Notes: generated by a model from the sequence alone, not told the origin. 64,000 nucleotides of DNA from Candidatus Heimdallarchaeota archaeon (GCA_027077875.1 JALWRB010000216.1:941-64940); one strand, 5' to 3'. Positions 49,768 through 60,918 are shown, counted from the stretch's first letter. Program-made: numbers and translations.

Positions 49768-51351
49768 TTGATTTGCACGGAAGAGTACATTAAGTATTCC
49801 CCCACTCGTCGTGTGATGGCAGATTCAAAGAGACCCAGACCACAAGTACTCCTCATAATCGATGGTTTTGGGTACTCCGAAATAACCGAGGGAAATGCAA
49901 TTGCCCTCGCTAAGACCCCGACATTTGACTATCTTTACAAGGAGTATCCTCACACTCTTCTGGATGCTTCCGGGATCTCGGTCGGACTTCCAGCGGGGAC
50001 AATGGGGAACTCGGAAGTTGGTCATCTCACCATAGGCATTGGGAGGATCCTCTATCAGAGTTACGAGAAGATCAACCAGTCAATAGCAGACAGTTCACTG
50101 GGAAAAAATCCCGTTTTACACGAGACCTTTGAATTCGTCAAGTCCAATGATTCCTCTCTGCACTTCTTTGGACTCCTGAGTGATGGCGGAGTTCACAGCC
50201 ACATTAACCACCTCTTCGAGCTCCTGAGACTGGCCCGCGATAATAATGTTGACAGAGTTTATGTACATGCTTTCACCGACGGTCGGGACGTTCCCCCGAG
50301 GAGCTCGGATAAGTATGTATCCCAACTCCTCGAAGAGCTTGAGAAATATCCTGGATATTCTCTTGCAGATATCGTTGGGAGGTACTATGCGATGGACAGG
50401 GACAAGCGCTGGGATCGGACCCAAATCGCATACGATATGCTGATCCAAGAGAGGTCAAAGGAGGTTCTTACAGACCCTGTGGAGGAGATTCATCGCAGAT
50501 TTAAGCAGGACGAGACCGACGAGTTCCTCAGACCTATCCTCGTCGAGAAGGACGGTATCGTGAAAGACGGTGATGCAGTGATCTTCTTCAACTTCAGACC
50601 AGACCGTGCTAGGCAGATTACAATGGCATTTAACTACTCACCAGACATGGAATTGAAGAAGTTCAAGAACCTGAAGTATGTCACCATGACGCAGTACGAT
50701 GACTCGTTCGATCTTCCTGTTCTCTTTCCTCCAGAGAAGGTGAAAGACTCGCTAGCAGAGGTCTACGCCAAGCATGGATTCAGACAGGCTCACATAGCTG
50801 AGACCGAGAAGTATGCCCATGTTACCTACTTCATTGATGGTGGAGAGGAGGAGCCGTTTGAGAATGAGGACAGGATTCTCGTACCTAGCAACCGTACTGT
50901 TGCTACATACGACCTCGCTCCCGAGATGAGGACGATGGAGATTGTTGAGAGGGCAGCAGAGTCAATAGCCAAGAAAGACGATGGTTCACATTTTTACGAC
51001 CTTGTCCTGCTGAATATTGCAGCACCTGACATGGTGGGCCACACTGGTGTGCTTGAGGCAACAATAAGGGCAGTTGAGGTGACCGATGCCGCTGTTAAGA
51101 AGCTCTACGAAGTCTGTGTAGAAAATGGGTACACTTTGCACATTACTGCAGATCACGGAAATGCAGAGCAGATGATCAAGGACGGAAAGCCCCACACCGC
51201 CCATACGACGAATCCCGTTCCTTACATAGTCACGAATAGATCAATCAAGCTCAAGGAAGGTGGTGGTCTTTCAAATGTCAGCCCTACATTACTCGATCTA
51301 GCAGGTATTAAGAAACCCGATGAGATGAGTGACTCCTTGGTTCAGAGCTGA
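49768..51351 (+). CDS. gpmI: 2,3-bisphosphoglycerate-independent phosphoglycerate mutase (iPGM, bacterial-type).
   Basis: VLLIIDGFGYS, GNSEVGHLTIGIGR and the C-terminal ITADHGNAE pattern. The real start is probably MADSKRPRP (about 49816). Confidence 0.85.
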   Translation: MICTEEYIKYSPTRRVMADSKRPRPQVLLIIDGFGYSEITEGNAIALAKTPTFDYLYKEYPHTLLDASGISVGLPAGTMGNSEVGHLTIGIGRILYQSYEKINQSIADSSLGKNPVLHETFEFVKSNDSSLHFFGLLSDGGVHSHINHLFELLRLARDNNVDRVYVHAFTDGRDVPPRSSDKYVSQLLEELEKYPGYSLADIVGRYYAMDRDKRWDRTQIAYDMLIQERSKEVLTDPVEEIHRRFKQDETDEFLRPILVEKDGIVKDGDAVIFFNFRPDRARQITMAFNYSPDMELKKFKNLKYVTMTQYDDSFDLPVLFPPEKVKDSLAEVYAKHGFRQAHIAETEKYAHVTYFIDGGEEEPFENEDRILVPSNRTVATYDLAPEMRTMEIVERAAESIAKKDDGSHFYDLVLLNIAAPDMVGHTGVLEATIRAVEVTDAAVKKLYEVCVENGYTLHITADHGNAEQMIKDGKPHTAHTTNPVPYIVTNRSIKLKEGGGLSNVSPTLLDLAGIKKPDEMSDSLVQS

Positions 51352-51644
51352 ATATCTTCCCCATCGTAGAGAGCTTTCAGTGCCTCTTCCCCCTGTTCAT
51401 TCATACTCCAGTATTCTATATCATCCAACCACACCTTGGTAAGGTATCCATTGTTCTCCAATGACTCTATGGCCTCAATGATTTCGTCGTCTGTCGGCTT
51501 TCTCGAAGCGATGAGATACAGTGGGCGGATCTTTGCTTCAACATCGATTATATTCAGCTTCCTGAGGTTTTTCCGAGCTGCTGAAGGTTTGAAGAGCTCG
51601 AAGACGTTCAATTTCAGGTTGAAGTAGAATTGGTCATCTTCCAC
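51342..51644 (-). CDS. Small hypothetical protein.
   Basis: 100-aa ORF. No recognisable domain. Confidence 0.3.
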   Translation of the reverse strand: MEDDQFYFNLKLNVFELFKPSAARKNLRKLNIIDVEAKIRPLYLIASRKPTDDEIIEAIESLENNGYLTKVWLDDIEYWSMNEQGEEALKALYDGEDIQL

Positions 51645-51685
51645 AACTATATCTCACTATCTTCACTAAAAAATGTTCATAATAG

Positions 51686-52297
51686 CTAAGAGATCACGTG
51701 CTTGGAGACAGTTTCAACTGCATCAAGCTTCTCCATCCTTCCCACGGCAATATCGACCCTTTCCTTCACAAGGCTCTTGCGCTCAATGATATGTGCATGA
51801 TACAGGGCCACAGGATAGAAATCCTCTAGTATTACCTGCGCCTCCTCCTCATCCTCGAAGTCGATCATGGGTAGAGGTGAGATCTTCTCGAAATCTCCGA
51901 ATATGGTCTGATATTCCAGATCGAGAAGGTAGAAATGTTTCTCACCATCTCTCTTTTGAGCCTGATGAATCGTTTCAGCAAGGGAGTGATACGGATGCTC
52001 TGAGAATATCTTGCTCTTGCTCTCAAGGACCTTGGTCTCATCATTGATCATCGTGGCCCGAATAAATGCTTGGAAGTAGATTGTATTCAATACATTTGAG
52101 TTATCCAATGCTTTCTGGAAGTCTGCGTACTTCATCAAATATGCATAGGATGCAGCATAGTCCGCTTTCTCATCAGCCAACTTTATGGCATCAGCGAGAT
52201 CCCTAACTGCTCTACTCCTCGAATCCGGGTCTTCAAACCATTTGGTTACCTGACGGACGAAACTCCTAATCTCGGATGACACTATTGCCTCTATCAA
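51686..52297 (-). CDS. Hypothetical protein.
   Basis: 203-aa ORF. No recognisable domain. Confidence 0.35.
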   Translation of the reverse strand: MIEAIVSSEIRSFVRQVTKWFEDPDSRSRAVRDLADAIKLADEKADYAASYAYLMKYADFQKALDNSNVLNTIYFQAFIRATMINDETKVLESKSKIFSEHPYHSLAETIHQAQKRDGEKHFYLLDLEYQTIFGDFEKISPLPMIDFEDEEEAQVILEDFYPVALYHAHIIERKSLVKERVDIAVGRMEKLDAVETVSKHVIS

Positions 52298-52342
52298 TCC
52301 CTAATTTTAATACTCTTCTTACATCTGTTGTCGAGAAGTCAA

Positions 52343-53620
52343 CTAATCTTCCTTCTCTTTCTTGTCTTTCTTCTTAAAGATTCCACCCACGAATGAGTTG
52401 ACTCCATTTACGGCTCCCTTGATGGCCTTAGCTGGTTTATCCAATGGTGATTCCTTCTTTTTCTTTTTGGGCGTAAGTGACCTTCCTGATGTCTCTCCGA
52501 AGTACTTCTCCTCCAGTTCGCTGTAGTTTTCGTCGGTGATCTTGTCATTGGAGATAAATTTATTCGAACTCGTTTCTTCCTCGATCGGTTCTTCGTCTGT
52601 AGTTTCGGCTTCCTCTGCATCACTTGCCACATCATCTGGAGAGGTTTGGGGTTTAACCAGACCAAGCTTACCAAGGAATCCACCCTTCTTCTGGTATTCT
52701 TCCTTCTTCTCGTACTTCCTTACTCGTTTCTTGAGCTCTTCGAGTTCTTTCTCCATATTCCTGTACTTCGGGACATCGTCAATCAGCTCCGTGAGCAGGG
52801 TCGGGAGGTTAATCCTCTTCTTCACCTTATTCCTGACATTACCTCGGAATTGCAGGTAGTACAGGATCGTCATGAGCGACAGCGGAAGTACGAGTAGAGT
52901 GACACCGTAGCCAACCAACCCCAAAAACACTAATGCATTGGACAAGGGATCTGCTCCCTCGGTTCCGGTAAGAGACAGTCCTGCTGTTACTGCACCAATC
53001 GCGATAAAACTGTTAAATTTCACCCTGTACTTGTCTGCTACTCTCCAGTTCACCCCTTTCTTCTTGTCCCATGCCTTGATTCTAAGATCCTCCATTGCCC
53101 AGATGATCGGGATGATGGGTGTGAGGAGGACTGGGACAAGCACGAGGAGAAAGGCCCATATAGTCATGCTGTTCGCGCTAGCGACGGGACTGTCAAGGGT
53201 AATGTTTTCATTGACTGAGGAGCCGATTTTGATAAGGGTTGTCGACAGTCCGAGAAAGGCTATAAGGAGGGAGATGAAACGACCAAACGGCGCTCCTATC
53301 CCGACCTCTTCCTCGTCATCAGCGTACTCGAAGTAACTGAAGGATCCTCCTGCAATGAGCTTCCTCCCGATGAAGTTAACGTTCGCAAATTCTACAATCC
53401 AAGGAGCGAACTGGTTAGAGAACCACTTCCAGAAGGGCATGATCACGAAAAGGCTGAAGATTCCAACGTTGAGAAGGACCAATCCAAACAACAGATTCTG
53501 CTTGAAGACGAAATTAATCTGAAGATACAGCCCTATAAAGAATAGGACTCCAAGGCTGATAAAGTGTAACCTTCTACGGAGGTACTGAGAGGTAGACTTC
53601 ATCCACGTACCGAAGCTCAT
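52343..53620 (-). CDS. Membrane protein with a C-terminal highly charged (K/E-rich) cytoplasmic tail.
   Basis: About 7 TM helices, followed by EELKKRVRKYEKKEEYQKKG and an acidic stretch. Confidence 0.4.
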   Translation of the reverse strand: MSFGTWMKSTSQYLRRRLHFISLGVLFFIGLYLQINFVFKQNLLFGLVLLNVGIFSLFVIMPFWKWFSNQFAPWIVEFANVNFIGRKLIAGGSFSYFEYADDEEEVGIGAPFGRFISLLIAFLGLSTTLIKIGSSVNENITLDSPVASANSMTIWAFLLVLVPVLLTPIIPIIWAMEDLRIKAWDKKKGVNWRVADKYRVKFNSFIAIGAVTAGLSLTGTEGADPLSNALVFLGLVGYGVTLLVLPLSLMTILYYLQFRGNVRNKVKKRINLPTLLTELIDDVPKYRNMEKELEELKKRVRKYEKKEEYQKKGGFLGKLGLVKPQTSPDDVASDAEEAETTDEEPIEEETSSNKFISNDKITDENYSELEEKYFGETSGRSLTPKKKKKESPLDKPAKAIKGAVNGVNSFVGGIFKKKDKKEKED

Positions 53621-53723
53621 TATCTACCCTGTCCTCTTTCGTCATAAAAAATACTCGTTATTCTGCCCGTAAGTAAGGAGCAAAGATCACTAAGCTTTTG
53701 ATAATTTCTCCGTAGTTCAACGT

Positions 53724-54590
53724 ATGGACAGAAGCATTCTCGTTCTTGGAGGAACCAGTTTCCTCGGACTCCACATCCTCAAGGATCTTGAGAGAAGAGG
53801 GATTCGTGCAGCGGCGTCCACACGCAGGGAGATCGTGGACATAGATATCAATGGTGTTGATTGGTTCAGAGCGGATATCCGGGAAATAGGTGTCATAGAG
53901 GCACTGATCAATCAGGTTCAACCAGACACAGTCGTCAACTGCATCTCCTTGTCCTCTCGTGATCAATGTGACCAAGAACCGCAGTTGGCTTGGGTGCTAA
54001 ACACCTCTTTTGTAGAGCACTTGACAATGCTTTGCGAGAGATCTGGTATACTTCTTTTCCATATGAGCACCGATTTCGTCTTCGACGAGGTGGTCGGAGC
54101 GCCTTATGACGAGACTGTAAGTCCACTGGCTTCCTCGGACCTTGGAAATACTAAGATGCTGGGCGAGCAAGCTGTCCTTCAGTCGAGCATTGGAAGGGTA
54201 GTTCGTATGTCCACTGTCTGGGGTAAACCACTGCTTGAGGAGGGGAAGGTTCCTTTCGCATGGAGAGCGTTACAACAGGTCAGGGAAGGAAAGACTGTTG
54301 ATGTCTTCTCCAATGTATACCGAACTCCCATAATTGCTGATCAGGCTGCAGAGGCTATTGTAGATATGGTTTTGGACGAGATTGAGATACCTCTAGTACA
54401 CCTAACCGAGGGTAACTATGCTAGTAATTATGAGAATTTTCTCAAAATTCAGGGAATAGATCACTCACTTGTGAGAGCCAAGAAAGTTGAGAACAACCTA
54501 ACTGCTCTGAAACTGGGTCTGTTGACGAAACATCCTGAGTTCAGCAGGAAGCTGGACTTTGAGAAGGGAGTGAGCAGGTGGCTACTCTGA
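53724..54590 (+). CDS. RmlD (dTDP-4-dehydrorhamnose reductase)-like SDR family protein with a noncanonical active site.
   Basis: ILVLGGTSFLG Rossmann motif. QPDTVVNCISLSS...EPQLAWVLNTSFVEHL...HMSTDFVFD matches the RmlD core, but the expected YxxxK reads LGNTK (Tyr replaced by Leu). Confidence 0.5.
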   Translation: MDRSILVLGGTSFLGLHILKDLERRGIRAAASTRREIVDIDINGVDWFRADIREIGVIEALINQVQPDTVVNCISLSSRDQCDQEPQLAWVLNTSFVEHLTMLCERSGILLFHMSTDFVFDEVVGAPYDETVSPLASSDLGNTKMLGEQAVLQSSIGRVVRMSTVWGKPLLEEGKVPFAWRALQQVREGKTVDVFSNVYRTPIIADQAAEAIVDMVLDEIEIPLVHLTEGNYASNYENFLKIQGIDHSLVRAKKVENNLTALKLGLLTKHPEFSRKLDFEKGVSRWLL

Positions 54591-54908
54591 AGTAATTCCC
54601 AAGTTCTCCCTCTCCGATATAATGCATCCGATCCCGTTCTCAATCACTTCTTGAACCTCGTCTTGGTAATCGAGAAGATCAGAGTCCCTGTCCTCCCATG
54701 TCTTCCTGTAGCTGAAGATGATCTCTATCTCTCCAGTGACTCCGAGGTAGTCCAACCTTAACTGTGGATATCGATTCGGTTGTAGTTGATCTACCTCAGA
54801 GGTCAGTTCAAATACCCGAGTATCCAATTCTCCAAAGTCGATATCATCATCGTTATCACTCAGCTCCCCCCTGAAGAGGATATGCTCCTTGTATACGGTA
54901 GCAAACAT
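54582..54908 (-). CDS. Small acidic hypothetical protein.
   Basis: 108 aa, Asp/Glu-rich, immediately downstream of lonB. Confidence 0.3.
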   Translation of the reverse strand: MFATVYKEHILFRGELSDNDDDIDFGELDTRVFELTSEVDQLQPNRYPQLRLDYLGVTGEIEIIFSYRKTWEDRDSDLLDYQDEVQEVIENGIGCIISERENLGITSE

Positions 54909-54913
54909 CTATA

Positions 54914-56869
54914 TCACGTGGGTATAGTCGACTGCGATCCCTGATTCTGCCTTTTCTGAACTACAACTAGGTCATCACTATTGATATTCAGCTCGATCTC
55001 CTCATCGGGTTTGAAACGATCTGCAAGGTACGACTTGCTTGGTATCAATGCGTGCTTTAGGACCTCGTTGAAGTGAGTGACAGGGATGATCTCGAGATGC
55101 TCGAACTGCTTGTCCAATTTGAGGTCCCCGAGATTCTGAATAGGTATGATAACCCTCTTGATGCCTAGTCGGGCGGCAGCTTCTGCTTTGTAGGTCACCC
55201 CTCCGATCGGAAGGACTTGCCCCCTTACGCTGAGTGATCCTGTCATTGCAGTATCCTGCCGGATGGGTGCCTCCTCAATAGCGGAGACCACCGCTGTCGC
55301 GATTGTCACGGATGCGCTGTCCCCTTCCACTCCGTGCGTGCCCACAAACTGGATGTGGATATCCATATTGGAGATCTCCTTGCCCAGATAGTTCTTGATC
55401 AATGCAGAGATGTTCTGAACTGACTCCCGTGCAATTACCCTGAGCTGTCCTGTTGCGTATATCCTGCCAGCACCCTGGTGTAGTGCGGGTGTGATCGCTG
55501 CCTCAATAGGCATTACGATACCTCCTGTGTTCCCGATTACAGCAAGACCATTGACCCTGCCAACCAGTCCCTTCTCGATGTGTACAAGATTGTAGTCTTT
55601 ATACTTCTTGATCTGATCTGTGGTGATCTGGGATTCGAGGGTAATGGCGAGGTTCTTCGCTTCTATCACATCGGTTTCCTCAACAAGGGCGTGCCCCTTC
55701 TCAACTGCTAAGTCACCCGCAGTTCTCACAAGACCACCGAGGTCCCTGAGCAGAAGGGTCAAGGACTTTGCTCTTCCCGCTCTTCTCTGTGCCTCATAGA
55801 TAATCTGCTCGACTGCTGGCTTCGTGAAATGAGGGATCTTGTGATCCTTAGATACTTCCTGAGCAACGAACCGAGCGATCTTTCTCCTGTTGGTAATGTT
55901 GTCGGGCATTAATGTGTCCATGAAGATCTCGTATCCCTGCCCCCTGATCCTCGATCGCAGAGCAGGATGAAGATTCCTGATAGTCTCCTGATTACCCGCA
56001 GCGATCAGGATGAAGTTACAGGGAACTGGCTCGGTTCTTACCATTGCACCTGATGAAAGCTCACTCTGTCCAGTGATCTGGAATTTTTTCTCTTGGAGAG
56101 CGGTTAGTAGCTGCTGCTGTGTCTTAATGCTAAATGTCCCAATCTCGTCGATGTAGCAAATCCCTTTGTTTGCCTTGTGGATAAGACCGACCTCGACCCT
56201 CTCGTGAGGTGGTGTTCCAAGTCCCCCTGACTGGTAGGGGTCATGTCTTACGTCCCCAAGGAGAGCACCTGAATGCGCACCTGTCGCATCAACGAATGGT
56301 GCTTGGGTGGTATTTGATGTGTCCACGAGTATCTTTGGTACTAGAATATCATTCCTCGATCGCATACTGTTCATGACCATGAAGAGGAAGAGTCCTGCGA
56401 TTAGGGACATGGCAATTACATCTGCTTGGAACCCACCGATCATACTGATCAGGAGGACTACCAGTACGGGGAGGAATATGGCGATCATATTTTTCTCCCG
56501 TTCTGCTTTCCGTGCCTTCTGCTGTGCCATCTCCACCCTTATTCTACCTTCCCCAGAGGGTAGAGTTACTATCCTTGGGTTGTTTGGATTACTCGGATTG
56601 GCGACCACGAGGATGTCTTCGAGGGTGTCGTGGGGAAGCATCTCCGAAGCTGCTGCCCCGAGAAGGCTCTTCCCTGTTCCCGGATCACCTATGAGCAGCA
56701 CGTGTCTACCCTGAATAGCAGCCTTCCGTATAATATTGATTGCCTTCTCCTGTCCAAGTACTTGGTCAATTAGATTAGGCGGTACGCTGATCTCGCTTGT
56801 ATCATGAAAATTTATATCAAGTAGAGGTTCTTTCCCCTTGTTCACGGTAACCATAAGTTGACTAATCAT
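54914..56869 (-). CDS. lonB: Archaeal membrane-bound Lon protease (LonB).
   Basis: Walker A GDPGTGKS. Two TM helices inserted in the AAA+ domain ([18 protein letters not shown]). C-terminal protease domain with GDSAS (catalytic Ser). Confidence 0.85.
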   Translation of the reverse strand: MISQLMVTVNKGKEPLLDINFHDTSEISVPPNLIDQVLGQEKAINIIRKAAIQGRHVLLIGDPGTGKSLLGAAASEMLPHDTLEDILVVANPSNPNNPRIVTLPSGEGRIRVEMAQQKARKAEREKNMIAIFLPVLVVLLISMIGGFQADVIAMSLIAGLFLFMVMNSMRSRNDILVPKILVDTSNTTQAPFVDATGAHSGALLGDVRHDPYQSGGLGTPPHERVEVGLIHKANKGICYIDEIGTFSIKTQQQLLTALQEKKFQITGQSELSSGAMVRTEPVPCNFILIAAGNQETIRNLHPALRSRIRGQGYEIFMDTLMPDNITNRRKIARFVAQEVSKDHKIPHFTKPAVEQIIYEAQRRAGRAKSLTLLLRDLGGLVRTAGDLAVEKGHALVEETDVIEAKNLAITLESQITTDQIKKYKDYNLVHIEKGLVGRVNGLAVIGNTGGIVMPIEAAITPALHQGAGRIYATGQLRVIARESVQNISALIKNYLGKEISNMDIHIQFVGTHGVEGDSASVTIATAVVSAIEEAPIRQDTAMTGSLSVRGQVLPIGGVTYKAEAAARLGIKRVIIPIQNLGDLKLDKQFEHLEIIPVTHFNEVLKHALIPSKSYLADRFKPDEEIELNINSDDLVVVQKRQNQGSQSTIPT

Positions 56870-57029
56870 AATGTAAGAACGAACTAAAAAAAAGCTTTAG
56901 CTCAGAGTAAGATTAGGGATTTATTAATACAAAGCGTTTTGTACATCCAGCCATTCACCAGATTTGTTTACACTACGATGTGGACTTGATCGATGGTCTT
57001 AAGTCGGAGGACTCAATATCAACCATAGA

Positions 57030-57920
57030 TTGAACTACATTGTTTCGGGATCAACGGGGAATAAACTCGCATCTGCACTTGCGGAAATCCTCCATTTCAG
57101 GAGGATTGGGCTTTTCACGAAGACGTTCTCAGATGGAGAAACCCTTCTGAGATTCGAGGATTTCCCTGAGGAGGTGGAGCATGCCATTGTAGTTCAGAAC
57201 CTCTTTGCACCCCAGGAGTACAACCTGTTTCAACTTCTCAACATCTGCCAAGGACTTGTCAGGCGAGGGGTTGAGAGACTTACTGTTGTCAGCCCGTACC
57301 TATGCTATGCCCGTGCTGATCGTGAGGCCTATCCTGGTGATATCGTATCGTTCAAGACCGTCTTGAATCTCATGAGGGATTCCGGAGTATCCCGTCTTAT
57401 CACTCTGGATCTCCATAACCCTGATGCTATTCCCGAGGATGTGGGTTTCGATCTCGTGAACCTACTTCCCACCACCCCAATCGCCGAGTACTTCAGGTCA
57501 AATTACTCCATAGATCATACATGGGGTGTTGTCGCCCCGGACGAGGGAGCTCTATTCAGGGCACGATCTGTTGCTGACAAACTAGGCATTGATGCCTGCC
57601 ACCTGATCAAGAATCGGGATCCAATGACTGGGGAAGTCTCGTACAGTGCTCAGGAGATGGATGTCCACGAGAATATAATAATGGTAGATGACATTACTAC
57701 GAGTGGATCGTCAATCGTCAAATCCTCACAGATCCTCGCTGATAAGGGCGCTAAGAGGGTCCATGTTGTGATCTCTCATCTCGTCAGTGAAGAAGCTGGG
57801 GAGAGGATCAACTCGACCATATCTGGTAATTTCATGGCCACCGAGTCCATCCCCTCGAAGTTCAGCACCATCGATATCTCACAGATAATTGCGGAGGAGA
57901 TCCGAAAATTTACCTCATGA
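57030..57920 (+). CDS. prs: Ribose-phosphate pyrophosphokinase (PRPP synthetase).
   Basis: PRPP-binding motif IMVDDITTSGSSIV. 296 aa. Confidence 0.75.
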   Translation: MNYIVSGSTGNKLASALAEILHFRRIGLFTKTFSDGETLLRFEDFPEEVEHAIVVQNLFAPQEYNLFQLLNICQGLVRRGVERLTVVSPYLCYARADREAYPGDIVSFKTVLNLMRDSGVSRLITLDLHNPDAIPEDVGFDLVNLLPTTPIAEYFRSNYSIDHTWGVVAPDEGALFRARSVADKLGIDACHLIKNRDPMTGEVSYSAQEMDVHENIIMVDDITTSGSSIVKSSQILADKGAKRVHVVISHLVSEEAGERINSTISGNFMATESIPSKFSTIDISQIIAEEIRKFTS

Positions 57921-58906
57921 GAATTTCATGCGCCCACAAAGGACTTGCGCACATCGAAGTAGAAGAACTCTTCCCAGATGTCACGTGGAAGGCAGACAAT
58001 CTCGCTTTAGTAGATTGTGACTTAGAATACCTTGAGCATGTCTTGGAGTTTATCGGCTCAGTTAGGCTGGTGTTCGAACCTTTGGGTGAGGTCCCTTCTA
58101 CTAATATCGAATCTGTCCTCGAAGCAGTAGATAAGATCGACTTCAAATACCTTGAGGGGGTGCCTATGCGGGTCAAGGTCTTCAAGATCGGGGTTGTGGA
58201 TGTCGACTGGAAGTCAGAAGCTCTCGAACGAGCTGCAGGGAGCAGGATTTTCAGCAAACTTGAGAATCCAAAAATAGACCTGAAGCACCCTGAGGAAGTA
58301 GTAGCCATCGTTGTATGGTCTGGTGGAATTGCAGTCTCAAGGTTTGTGCGTGAGATAAAGGCAAGCACCATAACCAAGCGGGCTCCGAAGAATCTTCCGA
58401 ATTCCAAGGGAGGTGCGATGAAGCAGACGATAGCCAAACTCATGGTCAACTCTCACAGGATGAAACCCGGGGACTATGTGCTCGACCCATTCTGCGGTCA
58501 TGGCGGTCTTCTGTACGAGATGGTAGAGGCAGGATACACTCCTATTGGTATAGAGCTGGACAGTAGGATAGTGGGACAGGCTGTGGAGAACATGAACTAC
58601 CTAGGGTACAGGGATAGGATACATCTGATCCACGGAGATGCGCTCTCACCCCCGTTGAGGAGAGGGGTCATCGAGTATGTCGTGACAGATCCACCATATG
58701 CATTGCAGACCACTACCTCAGGCAGGACGGTCGAGGAGATCATCCTCCAGTGGCTGGGGACGTTCACCGACAAAGTGGTGATCTCGATGGCCACACCAAA
58801 TGAGAGTTTAAAAGAGCTACCCGATAGGTGGATTACGTTGAAAACATCTACCGACTACGTTCACAAAGGACTGACAAGACGAATGAGGTTGATCACTAAT
58901 GGATGA
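57917..58906 (+). CDS. THUMP-domain tRNA (guanine-N2)-methyltransferase, archaeal Trm-G10/Trm11-like.
   Basis: Motif I DPFCGHGGLLYE and motif IV VTDPPY, preceded by a THUMP-like N-terminal domain. Confidence 0.65.
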   Translation: MRISCAHKGLAHIEVEELFPDVTWKADNLALVDCDLEYLEHVLEFIGSVRLVFEPLGEVPSTNIESVLEAVDKIDFKYLEGVPMRVKVFKIGVVDVDWKSEALERAAGSRIFSKLENPKIDLKHPEEVVAIVVWSGGIAVSRFVREIKASTITKRAPKNLPNSKGGAMKQTIAKLMVNSHRMKPGDYVLDPFCGHGGLLYEMVEAGYTPIGIELDSRIVGQAVENMNYLGYRDRIHLIHGDALSPPLRRGVIEYVVTDPPYALQTTTSGRTVEEIILQWLGTFTDKVVISMATPNESLKELPDRWITLKTSTDYVHKGLTRRMRLITNG

Positions 58907-59810
58907 CGTAATACTGACTTTCCTCGGCACGGGTGCGGCCATTGCGAGACCGAATCGATTCCAGTCGTCCGTTGCTCTCAAGCATCCCTTCGGTCTGGTC
59001 ATCTTCGACGTGGGTGAGGGCGCCCAGTACAATCTCAGGAAGTACGAGGTCCCGATCAGGAAGGAAATCACCATCTGTATCAGCCACCCACACCCTGACC
59101 ACTACCAAGGTCTAGCAGGATTACTGGCATCACTGTCACTCCTCGACCGGAAAGAGCCTGTCAACCTGCTCGTGCCACAGGGCTTCCCCGACTACGTCAA
59201 GCTCCTCCTCCACGCGACATTCGTGCAACCGTCTTATGAGATCAACTTCGTGGAGATGGTGGACGGTGACTTCTTCAAGGGAAAGGGCTACCTGATCAAG
59301 GCGATAAAAGCCCTGCACTTCAACAATGCGCTGAGCTTCCTCTGGATGGAGGACAGTAGACCCGGTAAGTGGGACAAGACGCTCCTCGAGGAGAACAACT
59401 TTTCCGATAAAGACAAGAAACTGATCCGGGAGGGCAAGTCAGTTGAGAAGGATGGGAAGGTCTTCACTCCCGAGGACATCATCGGCCCGCCCCGGTTAGG
59501 GAGACGGATTGTCTACTCGGGTGACACCAAGTACAACCCAGAACTTATCGATCTCTCCAAGGATGCTGATGTGCTCATACACGAAGCTACCTATCCCGCG
59601 GACATGCACACGACCGCGATTGAGCGTGAGCACTCATGCACGACAGACGGGCCCAATATCGGTAAGCTTGCAGGAGTCGATCTTGTTATCCTCACTCACA
59701 TCGGCACTCGGTTCATCAAAGTGAAGGACGAGCTGAAGATTGCCAATGAGATCCACCCGACGAAGATAGCTAAGGACGGCTTCCAGTACGTTGTAAAGTT
59801 CAAGAATTAA
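58899..59810 (+). CDS. rnz: Ribonuclease Z (tRNA 3'-processing metallo-beta-lactamase).
   Basis: ISHPHPDHYQGL (HxHxDH) and a C-terminal ILTHIG His motif. About 300 aa. Confidence 0.75.
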   Translation: MDDVILTFLGTGAAIARPNRFQSSVALKHPFGLVIFDVGEGAQYNLRKYEVPIRKEITICISHPHPDHYQGLAGLLASLSLLDRKEPVNLLVPQGFPDYVKLLLHATFVQPSYEINFVEMVDGDFFKGKGYLIKAIKALHFNNALSFLWMEDSRPGKWDKTLLEENNFSDKDKKLIREGKSVEKDGKVFTPEDIIGPPRLGRRIVYSGDTKYNPELIDLSKDADVLIHEATYPADMHTTAIEREHSCTTDGPNIGKLAGVDLVILTHIGTRFIKVKDELKIANEIHPTKIAKDGFQYVVKFKN

Positions 59811-59812
59811 GA

Positions 59813-60340
59813 CTATGTGAGGTCGAGGACGTCACTGTCCTTTGCTTTCTGCCTTCTCTTCTCCTTGCTCTTCTTCTTCTCCATCAGTCTTCTGAAATAC
59901 TCCTTCTTCTGCTCGTCGGTCATCTCCTCTCCCTCTATGGTCGATGGAGTGATCCTGTCGATGGCGTTCATGAGCTCGGTGGGATCTGATGCGATGATCT
60001 GCAACATAACCGGTCCAAGTGGTGGATCGTCCTCGAAGTCAAGGAGGATCAGCCTGTCGAGAACAGCGGCGTTCCTGTTGAAGTATACCGTGGTCAGAGT
60101 CTCGTTCTCCACGTTCCTTAGGAAACGGTTGCGCACCGTGTCAAGCAGACTCTGGTTCCTCACCCAGTCCGAGAAGAAGGTAAGTGCATCAATCCCCTCG
60201 GCCATGAGGTAAAGGTACTTACCAGTGGATCTGAGATCCTCCCGGATCTCACCGGGTACAAATTTTTTCAAGACGGTTCTCAGAACTTCCTCGTCCTCTG
60301 TGGGATTCGCTCTCAACTCACAGACGATATTAAGCGTCAT
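59813..60340 (-). CDS. Hypothetical protein.
   Basis: 175-aa ORF with a K/E-rich C-terminus. No recognisable domain. Confidence 0.35.
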   Translation of the reverse strand: MTLNIVCELRANPTEDEEVLRTVLKKFVPGEIREDLRSTGKYLYLMAEGIDALTFFSDWVRNQSLLDTVRNRFLRNVENETLTTVYFNRNAAVLDRLILLDFEDDPPLGPVMLQIIASDPTELMNAIDRITPSTIEGEEMTDEQKKEYFRRLMEKKKSKEKRRQKAKDSDVLDLT

Positions 60341-60918
60341 CAGATGATGTTCTGGTAGTACATTAAAAAGGATAAATATATCTCCCGAGCTCTCTCCAAA
60401 CCGTCGGGCGAATCTATGAGGTAGTCGGCTGTGGCGATGACCTCACCCATTCCGACTGAGAGCTCCACCTTGTCCCTCTCCCTGAAGGAGCTTAGACCCG
60501 TCGCGTCATCAAACCTCCCTCGGAGTTTCACTCGGTCAAGTCTCTGCCTCGGACTGGCGTGAATTGCCACGACCTCAAAATTCCTGAACCGTCTTTTGAA
60601 GAGATCTACCTCTGTGAGAGACCGCAGACCGTCGATGATAATCTTCCTTGCCCCCTCGTCATAGAGCTTCTCGACACGCTCCATTGTCATCAGCGCCACG
60701 ACATCCTTCCCCCTCTCCTTCCTGAGCTCGATCATGACTCTGTTGGAATTTTCTCTGTTGACCTCCAGCCCCCTGTTCTTGCACTCTTCACGGATGATGT
60801 CTCCCATGACAACCGAGGTGTAGCCTATTGATTTCGAGACTTCAGCGAAGACAGCCTTCCCCGAGGCGGGTAGTCCTGCAACTCCGAAGATGCTGAGATT
60901 TGCTGTGTCGATGGCCAC
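60340..60918 (-). CDS. UPF0200-family P-loop nucleotide kinase (dephospho-CoA-kinase/adenylate-kinase-like).
   Basis: Walker A FGVAGLPASGKA. GYTSVVMGDIIREE...GLE...N...V..LR resembles archaeal UPF0200 proteins. Confidence 0.55.
   Translation of the reverse strand: MAIDTANLSIFGVAGLPASGKAVFAEVSKSIGYTSVVMGDIIREECKNRGLEVNRENSNRVMIELRKERGKDVVALMTMERVEKLYDEGARKIIIDGLRSLTEVDLFKRRFRNFEVVAIHASPRQRLDRVKLRGRFDDATGLSSFRERDKVELSVGMGEVIATADYLIDSPDGLERAREIYLSFLMYYQNII

Noticed and set aside
56893-56925. tRNA-like start (GCTTTAGCTCAGAG) in the lonB-prs divergent intergenic region.
   Set aside because: Only an acceptor/D-arm-like fragment. I could find no anticodon stem, T-arm (GTTCGAATC-like) or 3' acceptor complement. 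It is too short to be a tRNA.
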